Part shown: piece by piece, positions 25,246 through 37,495 of the stretch
How positions within the stretch are numbered: the first letter of the stretch is position 1
Layout: each line of letters opens with the position of its first letter
Assembly (NCBI RefSeq): GCF_018977255.1
Contig: NW_024704742.1
Location: 106,084,001 to 106,144,000 of the forward strand
Reading direction: 5' to 3'
From: Callorhinchus milii
Lineage: Eukaryota
Length of the DNA stretch: 60,000 nucleotides
The notes under the pieces: model-generated
Databases searched by the model: none
Seen by the model: the letters and a program-made list of their open reading frames with translations, nothing else
What the model was told of the DNA's origin: nothing
Made by a program: the position numbers and the translations under genes

Positions 25246-25560
25246 TTAATAATAATATTAATCCTTACCTTTGGCATAGCACCTTTCACAATGAGAGGAT
25301 GCCTCAAAGGGATTCACAGGGTATACTATAAAGTGGAGAGACTGTGTGTTTTGTGGATGAACATGCCAGCCAAGTTGTGCGCAGCAATGTCCCACAAACA
25401 GCATGGAGTGAATTACCAATTTTAATTTGAGGAGATTGTTGGCAAGGACACCTGAAGAAACTCTTTTCTCTTTTCAAATAGTGCCCTGGGATCTTTAAAC
25501 CACCTCAACAGTCAGACTGGACCTCAGTTTAAGGTCTCTAACAATGCAGCCTGGACTATA
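25246..25560 (-). mobile_element. Deu-domain SINE, degraded
   Basis: ttcaaatagtgccctgggatctttaa...gacctcagtttaaggtctc is the reverse complement of the Deu domain, plus SINE tail. Confidence 0.75.
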
Positions 25561-25629
25561 ACAAAATTATTGCAAAAGATTTATGACTATAACAAAGTGA
25601 TTGCAAGATCAATTTTCTCTGCTTTTTTA

Positions 25630-25945
25630 CACCTCTCCTCTGAGAGCTGAGTCATGCCAGATTCACAACTATTACTTGCCCTCTGCTGCCTTGTCCTTTC
25701 TTTATGTGTAAGCCTAGAGAGTCAGTAGATGATTCATCTGAAGTGGCAACACAGCAGAACCCAATCCTGTCCTCATTCGATGTTCACATATAGACACACA
25801 ATGTTCCAGCAGGATCCACCTTACAGTAATCAAGACTAGGAACCCTGGCTGGCACTCCATCGATTGGACTGCTTAAGTTCAGCTAACTCAGTGAAGAGCA
25901 AGATAGAGTGTGTGACCTTTTGGCCTGAATGGCTTTGTGCTATAT
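25630..25945 (-). mobile_element. AmnSINE2-like ancient SINE
   Basis: cccaatcctgtcctca, ttccagcagg, ggaaccctggctg and cagctaactcag are reverse complements of motifs seen in the copies at 28850 and 37125. Confidence 0.65.
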
Positions 25946-26044
25946 CTCAGCATTATTGTAAGAGATTGAAAATTAAGTTACTAGAGGGTATCAAGTTAAT
26001 ATATTTAAGATAGTTACCTTCAGCACATTTGTTTTCAACCATCA

Positions 26045-26830
26045 AGACAAATTTCCATTTATGTAGCACCTTTCACGTTGGGAGGATGTCCCAAGGCATT
26101 GGACATTTATGGGTTTGCACACAAGCTGGTAGAGTGGTAGCTAAGGGGGTGCCTAGGAAAGATGGCCAAGGCATGGTGAAAGAGGAATGGCTTGAAGCAG
26201 GACAAGTCGTAGGGACTCCAGGATGGAGTATGGGAACTCCAGAGAGTGGGCACAGACAGGCTGAATTCAAGATCCTCATCGAATTCAAGATCCTCATCCT
26301 CACTTACAAAGCCATTCACGGCCTTGCTCCCTCCTACCTCTCTGACCTACTATCCCCCTACCTACCTGCCCGTACCCTCCATTCCTCTGGCTCCGGTCTG
26401 CTCCACATCCCCCTTCCCAACCGCCCTACTATCGGTGGCCGGGCCTTCAGCCCCTAGGCTCTGAAACTCCATCCCCCAGTGCCTTCGCCGCCTCCTCCCT
26501 TTCCTCCTTCAAGGCCGGTCTCAAGACCTTTCTCTTTGACCGTGCCTTCAGCTCCCCTCTCGACTCTCTACCCCTCCTCGCTCCCTCCCTTCCCTCCCCT
26601 CACCCTGACCATTTCCCCCCTGCTCAGGTCCTGACCCAACTGTACAGTGCCTTGGGACATCCTCCCGACATGAAAGGCGCTCTATAAATGGAATCTTGTT
26701 GTTGTTGTTGTTGTTTTTGAAAGCTTGATCGCTCGTGGAGGGGTAATGTGAAGCAAACTGATTCTAAGGTTTGAGGTCACCAAGGTCGTGTGGGGCAAGA
26801 CCATGTAGAGATTTAAAGATGAGATGAACA
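26045..26830 (-). mobile_element. Older L2 3' fragment split by a younger L2 insertion
   Basis: acctttcacgttgggaggatgtcccaaggca upstream; ggggcaagaccatgtagagatttaaagatgag resumes after 26720. Confidence 0.65.
26263..26714 (+). mobile_element. Young short L2 3' element
   Basis: EFKILILTYKAIHGLAPSYLSDLLSPYLPARTL..GGRAFS; (TTG)n tail; near-identical to 53575-54009. Confidence 0.95.
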
Positions 26831-28177
26831 CTACTATCTTCCTATTAAAGTATCAAACAAGAGTTGCTCAAACCACCACTTTGATTACATGAGCTAACGG
26901 CATGCCCTGGAATCTTGGGCAGCGAGAAGTAAATAAAGATACTTTGGCAGTATTGTGGTGTTAACACCATTCAGTTTTTGATGAACAAATGTCTCCCCAT
27001 TTTGGGTTTCCCTGGATTTTATTACATTGCCAATGAACATTTACACCATTCTCACTTGGCATCATACAAATTGAATGCAGTACCATTCAGGCCAACCACT
27101 GAACTAAGCCAAATGAGGGACATCCTCAGTATATTAATGATAGCAATCGTACAGAACGTCAAGTGAGACACAAGACAGATGGCCTTACTTTATTTATTCG
27201 CTTGTTCTTATATACAGAAGAACAAACACTTTATCCACACTGCATGACTGTGCTGAAGCAAGGGCCAGCATGATAGATTGGTGAATCACTTGCTCTAAAG
27301 TCTGCTGAATGTCTGCAACTGTTGAAAGAGAATTGATGACTTTAATGTTCTACAAGGTGAAAGTTGGGATACAAATGAAAGACAACAAAACACCAGCTGG
27401 CTACAAAACGGCACCCTGAAAATGACTGACAAAGCTGCAAAATAACCATTATGCATAAGAGTAACACTAGCAATTTATCTCTTCCTCAAAGGCTGATGCT
27501 GAATATGGTTAATTTGTTTTTATCCTTGCAATGTTGGATAGTGCCTTTCCCATTGGGAGGATGTCCTGAAGTGTTTCATATAGTTTATTGTAAAATGGAA
27601 TGAGTGATTGTATTTGCAATATATTAATAATCCTTCCATTTGATATAGTGCCTTATCACATCATTGAGATGTCTCAAAGCGCTTCACAGAATATATTGAA
27701 AAGTGGATTGACTACTTTGAGTGCGAATTTTGTACATTGACTATATTTATAGACGAATGTGGTAGCCAGTTTGCAACCAGCCATGAAGTGAATGATGAAT
27801 TTTATTTGGAGGATTGTTGGCCAGATGTGGCCATTGTAAAAGGATGTTGGGGTTGTGTGGGGGTGGGGGCAAGCTCCAGCATAAGGAAGGAATTTCTGTA
27901 TTAAATATCATATAAGGTCACATATTTGGCCATGTGAATCATACAATAATTTTCATGACTTGCAAAGAAGGGGATACATTTTGCAATGTTGGTAAATTGC
28001 TAATTTACACATTGTCGGGTACAAGATTGTGTAATAATATTTAATAGAGGCGACTCTCCTTGTGCTGGAGTCTTCTCCTTGCACCCCACCCCTACCCACC
28101 ACCATATACACACACCTTTTTTTAATGCCTACATCCAAGAAGCTGGCTGCACTCTGCCTTAGTCCTGTAGCTGTACA

Positions 28178-28494
28178 GGAGTCCTGTAGCTCAGTGGTTA
28201 GAGCACTCGCTTTGCAAGTGAGAGACCTGAGTTCAATTCCAGGCAGGGCGAAACCTTGGGCAAGTTTCCTTACTCCACACATCTAATAATAATCCCTCCA
28301 AAAAACTAAACAATAATAAATTGTTCATTTTCTATCCATGACTGTTTGTGGGACACTGCTGTGCATAATTGGCTGCCGCATTTGCCCACAAATATACAGT
28401 CAATTCATTTTACAGTATATTCTGTGAAGTTCTTTGGAATGTCCAGAAGACGTGAAAAGCGCTATATCAAATGCAAGGATTATTATTATTATTA
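28178..28494 (+). mobile_element. Full-length tRNA(Ala-TGC)-derived SINE, short subfamily, L2-type tail
   Basis: A box tagctcagtggttagagc, anticodon arm ctcgc-tttgcaa-gtgag, B box gagttcaattcc, ccttgggcaagt CORE-like start, (TTA)n tail. Confidence 0.95.
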
Positions 28495-28849
28495 GATGTT
28501 CAGGTTGGAGGTAGGGACTGCTGGTGAGAGGGTTACCTAACTAAACCAACCTTAACTAAAAAATAAGAATAAACACATTAACAATCCCCCAGACATAGAG
28601 AAGGGTGTGGTGGGGAGATCTTTTCCAGCACATTAGGGATCAGTTGATGTGTTAAATGCCTTAAAGCCACAATATTGATTGCTATGTGTTAATCAGCACA
28701 AGGGTGGTTAACGAATATGTGCAATGTCTATAAACTCAATTGTTAGACAGATGCAATTTGAAGATTTGGAGTAAGATATCTCTTTCACCTCCAAGATGAA
28801 ATCTGTTAACCTTTACTGTAGCCTCAAATCCCTGGTCACTTAGGTACCT

Positions 28850-28950
28850 TGTCTCAGCCAAGAACAGCAGCTGGGGTGCTACAGTTGGCCTCAATACCTT
28901 GTATTGGGGAGGGGAAAATCAACCAGGGTTCCTACTACTCATTGCTATTC
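28850..28950 (+). mobile_element. AmnSINE2-like fragment
   Basis: ggggtgctacagttggcctcaatacc...ggggaggggaaaatcaaccagggttcc. Confidence 0.65.
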
Positions 28951-29704
28951 AGCACATTTAGTCGGTAAGATTTTGCAAAATATTTGCCCTTGTTTAGACA
29001 CTGTTGTTTCAGAATAAAACTGCTAGGGCTGAGACGGAGAGTTTCATTGATATCATAGTGAAACAGATAATAGTGGCCTAATGCTTTTTTGAGGTGTCCA
29101 GATTTGTTTTCACAGCAAAGTGTCTTGAACAAAAGCTAAAAGGATGACAGGAAGAGGAGGCGCTGTGGAGAATATAAAATAAATTGTTGTAAAGGCACAG
29201 AGGCTGTGAAAGATGGATGTTCTGACAAAACATTAATTAAAGTATGACTGTTGCCAAGCCAGACTGATATAATTCTATTTGATATAATTCAAAAGCAAAA
29301 TTAATTTACTTCCATTTATGTCACACTTCTGTAGCGGCACTGCCTGGATTAGCTTGTTTATCACTACAGTGTGACCGAGCATCACTTTCCTGGTTGAAGC
29401 TAATGTTATTAGAATACAACACAGTTAAGTTCAGATTAAGAAAGACCCCACTGGGACTCATGTGAAGTGAGATGTTAAAATGAACTGTGCTAAATTTGAA
29501 TGCAGTAAAGCAGTATATTATCAATTCGCGGGAGCTTAAGAAATTGATTATTAATTGGACTACCTAGGAGCAATTTTGCATGCATAGACTCTAAAAAACA
29601 GTTTGTTTATTTAATAGTCTTCAGTTTCTTTTAAATTAAGACAAAAACAGTATTTTTTGCCAATTTGCCCTCATAGAGCTCAGCAAAGTATTTGTTTTAT
29701 CACC

Positions 29705-29892
29705 TTGCTGCCTGAAACAGAGGTTGAATCAGATAGTACGAATGCATTTAAGAGGAAGCTGGATAAACACATGAGGGAGAAGGGAATAGAAGGATATAGG
29801 AGGGGGTAAGGAGTAGGTGGAGACTCCTGTGGAGTATAAAACCAGCATGGGCTGGTTGGGCCTGTTTCCGTGCTGAACATTCTTTGTATATC
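29705..29892 (+). mobile_element. CR1-group LINE 3' end (second family)
   Basis: LPETEVESDSTNAFKRKLDKHMREKGIEGY plus accagcatgggctggttgggcctgtttccgtgctg 3'UTR. Confidence 0.8.
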
Positions 29893-31446
29893 TTTGTAAA
29901 CACTTTTATTCATTAACTACAGAAAGGGTTGTGAAGCTTATTGAAAAGAATAATTAACAACCTTGAAAACCCTAATAGAGTAAAGTTTGTACCATTCATA
30001 ATGCGTTCTTTGTGTTAAGAAACACAAGCACTGCATTATGAAATGCCATAAACTAACACTAATGATAAATGGACCTGTGTAATATGTTATTTTGCTGATG
30101 ATGGAATTGGTTGGGAAATGGAATGCAACTTTAGCATGAGAAGCATGCCCTTTCAAAGTTCACAAAGTTGGTTCGGAAGGCTTTTCAGCCTATTTGATCT
30201 CATGCTGCAAATGGGTTCAGCATTCTGGCCTTAACCATAATGTTTGAGTGATTACATTAAGCAACTTACAAGAATCACTGTGTTTGGTGGCATCTTTGTT
30301 CTCCGTCCTCACTATCATTAGCTTTTCAGACCTCTGAATACTAAAATATTTTAGGCATTAATACTATAAATATATAAATAAATATATATATATTAGCAAG
30401 TGTTAAGCTCCAAACAACACTGGTATTGTAGATTGCCATGCTTTACAAACTAGGGTCAAGCTGTTTGCATTTGTGATGTATGGAAAAAGTTCTGCTTGCC
30501 TTAGTTTGGCGTGGAGTAGCACTCGTGTCTCCTGAGGTGAAGGTTGGTTAGAGCCTCTTCTGTCTTCTCCAGCTGCAGCACTTATGTCTTTTCCATAACT
30601 AGCCCACCGATCGAGATGTAATCCTTTGAGCATGGAATGAACTTTTGAACTTTTAAATATAAGCCTCTATGCAGTTTCATGTAAACTGCTGAACAGCTAT
30701 TATGTATGTTTCAGATAGACTTCTAAAGGTGACGTTGAGAAATTAACTAGACCAGAGAGCATTATGTAATTATTCTTATTCTGGTAATAAGGTTTTAAGA
30801 AAAAAAATGTTGTAGTATTTGTGTTACTGGTTGCCCAGAATTAACCTCTGCCTCAAAAGGCCGACAGTGGTCCTGTCAATCACCTTTTTGTGCTGTGGTG
30901 AATGGTTATGTGGGCTGAATGACAAATAAGCAGAAAGTATAATTGTGAATGGGATTGTCAAGTTGGTACATTGAGAATCCAACAATAAACTTCAATTTGA
31001 GTCATGTGCGGGTGTATGCAAAAATAGTTCCAGTTCAAGTCCACCTTTACAATGACCAGAAATTGTTATAAACTGCAGGAGCAATACGTCATCACTATTT
31101 ATATATGAAAAGATTAATAGAGAGGGACAAGAATGTAATAATATGGTAGGGTTAGGGTTCTCACAGAGTGTGTAATGTGGCTTTCTCACCCTGTCTCGAC
31201 TTTACCTCCTGTTGGTGGAGCACAGTGTCTTTCTGATGAAGGAATGATTAAATAATTATTCTTTGTTTTATTGTTCTTAATAATAATATGAATGTTAATA
31301 TGGTATTGCAGTTTAGATTACTCCTTAAAGGTAGTATCTAAGTGGCTTGGGGTAATAGATCGAACTGACCAATAACACTTTAATAAATGTTACATGTTTC
31401 AACTTCCCAAAATAACTGCTTTCTGTAGGAGGTGGAATTTTGGATA

Positions 31447-31478
<32 letters not shown>

Positions 31479-33159
31479 GTTATTATCCTCATCTATTTCC
31501 TTGGTCAGCCTCTACCCCAGTGCTCCAAGACACTGCCCTAATTGAAGGCTACTATAGAAGTGCAAGTTGCTGCTGTTCAACTTCATTCACTGCATTCAGA
31601 TAGCATTGACAGATAATGATGTAACTGCTGATACAGGGCTATGCCCATTATTAAGTGTCTTGCTAGAATATGAGTTTGCTTTCAACCCGGGCCTTCCCTT
31701 GCCAAGTACTTCATGTGCAGAGCGCACACATGTGCAACTTGCAGAAAGTTACTTCAGTGGAGACCTGATGACCCTAAAGTTTGCCATTTGTTTGTACTTA
31801 TTTTAACAACAACTTGCATTTATATAGGGCCCATCACGTAGGGTAGCATCCCAGAGCACTTAAACGGGGATGGAGGGTGGTGTCTGAGTTTTGGACCTAA
31901 TCCACATGTTCATCGCAAACTCCGCTAGTACTTTTGCAAGCACATCAAACTGAGGATCTTAATTAGGTTAATATCCTTGGAGTCTCGTATATCAGCTGCT
32001 GTTGTTAGATTCAACCAGCTCAAGCAAAGAATTCCACAGGCAAAATCAGATTGAGCTTGTGCCTCAGCAAAGCTTCAACATTGAAATTTTAGAAAAGTCA
32101 TATCACACCCGAGGAAGTTATGCAGAGAAAAAAAATGAAAATCATGCAAAGAAAAATTTAAGATTGTGCAAAATTAGACTTTTATTTTGCAATTTCAATA
32201 GAAATAACACTATTGTAGCCACTTTAGAAAGATATAGATGACAGCTTTCATTAATTTTGTTTTGATGTAGTGCATTTATTCATAATTATATAACTCATTT
32301 TTTGCATTCATTGATGAGTTATACCAACCCCCGGTCTCTCTTTCCACCATTCTGGAAGCAGCACGGAGAGTGACGGGGAGAGAGAGTAATTGCCTAATTC
32401 CCTGGGATGTATCATATATACGTTCAGAGGAGTTCATTACAAGTGGTGACCACATGTGCCTGGCCTATTTTGTGTGTACGTATTTGTATGTTGGGTGGGG
32501 GATGGGTTGTGTTTGAATAATGTTTGAACAGATTGAAGGAACCACCTCCCAGTACAGCTTGGTGGTGCACACATATAATGGGAGAAATTCCATTGGAAGT
32601 GCATGCTGCCAATATTGGCAAACTATACCAACCAGCAGAATTTCACCCTCCTGGAGGGGTGAACCTGATAGCATTACTAGATTTAGACACCTGCATAATC
32701 TGGATGCTAGCCACCTATACTATTAAAACTCTGTAGTAATAGGACAAGGCAGGCATGTATGCAGCGAGGCTCAGTGCCAGAATTGGGGAGCAATTGATTC
32801 CACGAACAAACTCAGATGTCCAAAGCCATGAATGGTAAAAACAGCCAAAAATTATTAGGTGATATTGAAAAAATAACAGGCATTAGAAGTTTAAGTATGT
32901 GTTACTGGGGGTTCTGATGGAAATAAGCTGTCTTAACTATTTTTACAGTTTTTATCTGAACCATTTATTTGTGCACCAGCTTTATAATTCACTTTGAATC
33001 TTCTCTCAATATAAAATATAAGAACCTGAGCTTGAGAATGCACAGATGTTTTCAGTGTAGAAGGAAGCCATTCAGCCCATTAATGCTGTGTACCAACTCT
33101 CAGAGCAAGCATAACCTCAGAAAATTGTATGCTGGAATGTGTTAAGAGTGGATGGACCT

Positions 33160-33509
33160 TTTACTCCAATTAGTACAGTGCTGAGGATGTGCTGCATTGT
33201 TGTAGATGTCCTTCACCTGAGATTTTAAATCGAGGTCCCATCTGTCTGTTGATGACGTTAAAAACCTAGGGCACTATTCAAATAGAGAAAGCAATTTCTC
33301 CCAGTGTCCTGGCCAAAAATCCCTCAGCTCAATACTTGGGCGTTCGCATCATGGCTGTATGTGGGAATTTGCCCAGCATAATATTAGCTGACGCATTTAC
33401 CTACAAATACACAGTCATTACATTTTACAGCTAAATCCTTTGAGCTTCTTTGTGGTTTTGCCACGAAGTGATCAGGTGCTATATCAAATGCAAAGATTAT
33501 TATTATTAT
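33160..33509 (+). mobile_element. Deu-domain SINE
   Basis: gctgcattgttgtagatgtccttcacctgagattttaaatcgaggtcccatctg...ggcactattc...gtgtcctggcca; SINE tail. Confidence 0.8.
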
Positions 33510-34633
33510 GTCAACTCATTCTGGATAGAAAATGACTGTAATTACTCTTTGCAATTATTTAGAATTGGATAATTAATTAATTAGACACACCTAAACATGA
33601 TAAACTTACACTGTAAAGAACATGGTGATTTGCCATTACTTATGTCACATACATTGTAAAAATGACAAAAGAGAGGTGCCTTATAAATGTCATTTGAATG
33701 TAAAATTGATAAACACAATGTGCAAAAACTGTATCCCACACATACTTAAATGCCAAGATAAATGAATATATGTGCAAGCCATTGTGTGCTTTTCTGTGCA
33801 AGAGTGACTTGTTTATTTTGTCAAAGGACGTAATGACAGATGTAGCTGGGCTGTTGAGTCATGACTGCAACTGAATCCCATTTTAAGTTTAACAAAGCCT
33901 TAATTCTGTCATCACTGGGATAAAACAAAGGCTACAATGGTATCTCCGGGATTGTGCCCTCCATTTGTCTAATCATCTGCTGTACATGTGGATCTGCTCA
34001 CACCAACTCTATTCCGCCAACTTTGTTTTTCTTCTTTCAATGCATAAACACCAATCTGTCAACGTTTGTGGCTGTTGACACTATCCTTCCTGTTCTTTTT
34101 ACTTTACTTTGACAAAGGCTTTGTTTTCAGACCTCAGAAGCCTCTCTTTCCCTTTGCTATTTTCACTTTGCTTTGTTACATTCAATGAAAATGATTGGTC
34201 AATTACTGGTGTCTTTATAAGGTCAGTGCCGAGAAAATATACTTTACCCAAAGCAGCCTTCCCTTACTGATATGAATTTGGAAAGTAATTTTGGACTGAA
34301 TTAAATGAAAAAGACTTATTGTTGGCAAATTGAACTTCTTTGCTTCAGTGATTTTTGAGCAGTGTTGAACTCCAGAATTTCACAGCATCAAACAAACTCA
34401 GTTGACTTTTGTTCTCTGAAGATGTGGAGAATGAAACTAACTCATTGTCAAACGATTGGTACTATCGATACTCAACTTAAAGTGCAGCAGCAATGATTTT
34501 AAAAAATAAACTTGTATCGTATTATTGTATTGAGTGAGTTGCTGATATGAAGAATTGCTCAGTGACTTGAAACTAAAAACAGATCAAGACAATGTTTAAA
34601 CTAGAATTTTCAGCTCCGTGATGGCTTTAAAAT

Positions 34634-35068
34634 GTCAGCCTGTCTCAATTGATAGCACTCTTGCCTCTGAGTCAGAAGGCTATGGGTTTAAGTTCCGTAT
34701 TGGGATTTTGAACTCGCAAGTCTAAGATGATACTCCAGTCCAGTGCTATGGGTACCCTGCATTGTCGGAGGTGCTGTCCTTCAGATGAAATGTTAAACGT
34801 AAGTCTCATCTGTCTGTTCAGGTGGGGGTTAAACATCTAACGGAACTATTCAAAAAGAAAACGGAGTTTCTCCTGGTGTCCTGGCCAGCAATTACCCAAA
34901 TTTATTGATTGCTCACGTCATGGCTCTTTGTGGGAGATTGTTGTGCACAAATTGACTGCCGTATTTGCCTACAAAATACAGTCATTACACTTTACAGTTT
35001 ATCCTGTGAAGCACTTTGAGACTTCCAATGATGTGAAAGGCGCAAAATCAAATGCATGGATGATTAAT
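34634..35068 (+). mobile_element. Near full-length SacSINE1-like DeuSINE
   Basis: Head agcactcttgcctctgagtcagaagg; Deu domain ctgcattgtcggaggtgctgtccttcagatgaaatgttaaac; L2-type tail. Confidence 0.85.
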
Positions 35069-35156
35069 AACCTCAATCTTGCACAAGACCAAACAGGTTG
35101 CAGGGTTGCAGGGTTGATCTCAGACAACATCTTTCTCTGATAGAAAGTCTTCATTT

Positions 35157-36449
35157 AACAACAACAACAACAACAAGATTCCATTTATAAAGTGCCTTTC
35201 ACGTCAGGAGGACGTCCCAAGGCGCTGCACAGTTGGGTCAGGACCCGAGCAGGGGGGAAATGGTCAGGGTGAGGGAGGGAAGGGAGGGAGCGAGGAGGGG
35301 GAAATGGTCAGGGTGAGGGGAGGGAAGGGAGGGAGCGAGGAGGGGGAAGAGAGTCGAGAGGGGAGCTGAAGGCTCGGTCAAAGAGAAAGGTTTTGAGACC
35401 GGCCTTGAAGGAGGAAGGGAGGAAGCGGCGAAGGCACTGGGGGATAGAGTTCCAGAGCCTGGGGGCTGAGAGGCTGAAGGCCCGACCACCGATGGTAGGG
35501 CGATTGGGGCGGGGGACGTGGAGCAGACCGGAGCCGGAGGAACGGAGGGTACGGGCAGGTAGGTAGGGGGATAGTAGGTTGGAGAGGTAGGAGGGAGCAA
35601 GGCCGTGAATGGCCTTGTAGGTGAGGATGAGGATCTTGAAATCAATCCTCTGGGGGATGGGGAGCCAGTGGAGGCGAGCGAGGGTGGGAGTGATGTGGTC
35701 CCGAAGCCTGGTGCGGGACAGTACACGAGCTGCAGAGTTCTGAATGACCTGCAGCTTGTGGAGGGAGGTGGCGGGAAGGCCGGCGAGGAGAGAGTTCCCA
35801 TAGTCCAGCCTTGAGGTGACAAAGGCGTGGACCAGGGTTTCAGCAGCGTGAGAGGTGAGGTAGTGCCGTAGTCTGGCGATGTTCCGGAGGTGATGGAAGG
35901 CGGTGCCAGTTGTGGTGCGGATGTGAGGGAGAAAGGACAGCTCAGGGTCGAACAAAACGCCGAGGTTCCTGACTGGCTTTGAGAGGTGGAGAGTGCAGCC
36001 TTGGATGCTGATGGTGTCAGTGCCTGAGGTGCGGAGGCGCTGACGTGAGCCAATCAGGAGGGCCTCGGTTTTTCGCACGTTGAGCTGAAGAAAGTTGTCT
36101 CTCGTCCAGGACTCGATGTCGGACAGGCAGCTGTCAGGACATCGGTGGTCGTGGAGTTGAGAGTAGAGGAGGAAAGGTAGAGTTGGGTGTCATCCGCATA
36201 CATGTGGAAGTTAACTCCATGTCTGCGGATGATGTCACCGAGGGGGAGCATATAGAGGGTGAAGAGGAGGGGACCGAGGACAGAGCCCTGAGGGACACCA
36301 CATGAGACAATGCGGGGGGTGGAGGAGAAGCCATTTGTCGAGACAAAGTGAAGACGGTGAGAAAGGTACGACCTAAACCACTCAAGGACAGTGCCTTGAA
36401 GGTTGAGGTGGGAGGACAAGCGGTGGAGTAGGATAGCGTGGTCGACCGT
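35157..36449 (-). mobile_element. Young 5'-truncated L2 LINE (RT C-terminal part)
   Basis: [29 protein letters not shown] and a 256-aa open C-terminal frame (RLDYGN..LHWLP..FKIL); CpG-rich; (CAA)n tail. Confidence 0.97.
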
Positions 36450-36464
36450 ATTTAACTATATGAT

Positions 36465-36860
36465 AGAATCATAGAATATTAATAATAAAATAATATTCCT
36501 TACATTTACAGCACAGAAACAGGCCAATGTTTTTCTTCACATCAATCAATCTAATCCCACTGTCCTACTCACTCTGCCTCCCTTTAATGTTTCTCTTCTA
36601 AAAGCAACTACCTAATTCCCTTTTGAAACAATTTATCGAGTTCAATCTATTTAGAGACTTATTTAGAGATAAAGAATTTCATCTGCACTCTGTATAAAGA
36701 TATTTTTTCTAACCGCCAATTTAATTCTCTGTGATTATTTTGAACAGACTCACCAAGCCTTAAAAATAACTTATTACTATTTACTCAATCATAACCCTTC
36801 CTAATCGTGAAGACCTCTATCAAATCACGTCTTAAACATTCTCAACTCTGGTGAAAAAGA
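36465..36860 (-). mobile_element. Degraded CR1-group fragment
   Basis: tagaatcatagaa / acagcacagaaacaggcc 3'UTR; reverse complement RRDLIEVFTIRKG. Confidence 0.65.
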
Positions 36861-37124
36861 GGATGGAACTGAAGAATGATAAAGAACTATGTGGGATAAG
36901 AGTTATACTGAAAAGTCAGAGGATGGCTCTTTGATTTCAAAACACTTTTTCTGCTGGAGTTTGAAAATTCAGTTTCCAATTCTGCGAGTATATAAGAATT
37001 TGATTTGTTTAAAGCACCATGATCGGGTATATTGCACCCACATAATCTTTAACAAAATTACTCAAACTGATTGCCCTTCATTTACCAAGTACAGAAGAAT
37101 AGGCTTCCTTGAGGTTCACAGAGC

Positions 37125-37495
37125 CTATCCAGTGAAGTGACTGAGCCATACAGAGCAGAAGGATTTCAGGTGTGAGCGAAGATAGCGAATCTCATTCGAA
37201 GTATCAGCAGGAACACCAAAATGAGAGAGAGAAAAAAAATCCGTTCCCACTCCTCTGATTGCTCTATGGTGAGAGCTGTTGGATATGCAGGTGTGTGAAG
37301 GCCTGGTGAGGATCAGACTCAGGTACCATGCTCCTTGCAGTTAACTAGACTGCAAACACTGCCTGTTGAGTCTCACATCGAAATATGTGGCCACCAGAGC
37401 AAGGTAACCTGAGAGCAATTGGTACTTTGTGTATCCATGGCTCAGTGAAAGAACAAAGGAATCAACACCTTCAGGAGAGCAGGGGAAAAGGAAAG
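37125..37495 (+). mobile_element. AmnSINE2-like ancient SINE, near full length
   Basis: actgagccatacagagcagaagg...ggtgaggatcagactc...tggccacc...caccttcaggagagcagggg. Confidence 0.7.

Noticed and set aside
28178..28250. tRNA-Ala(TGC) gene (also at 39261, 52752 and 59941)
   Set aside because: The cloverleaf is partly retained, but there is no poly-T terminator and it continues into a SINE body and tail, so it is a SINE head.
32354..32374. REST/RE1-like site ggaagcagcacggagagtgac
   Set aside because: The left half-site deviates at several key positions; too weak to call without data.
35238..36078. Overlapping 271-aa and 256-aa ORFs
   Set aside because: The 256-aa frame is the L2 ORF2 C-terminus; the 271-aa frame is a Ser/Pro-rich shadow frame of C-rich L2 DNA.
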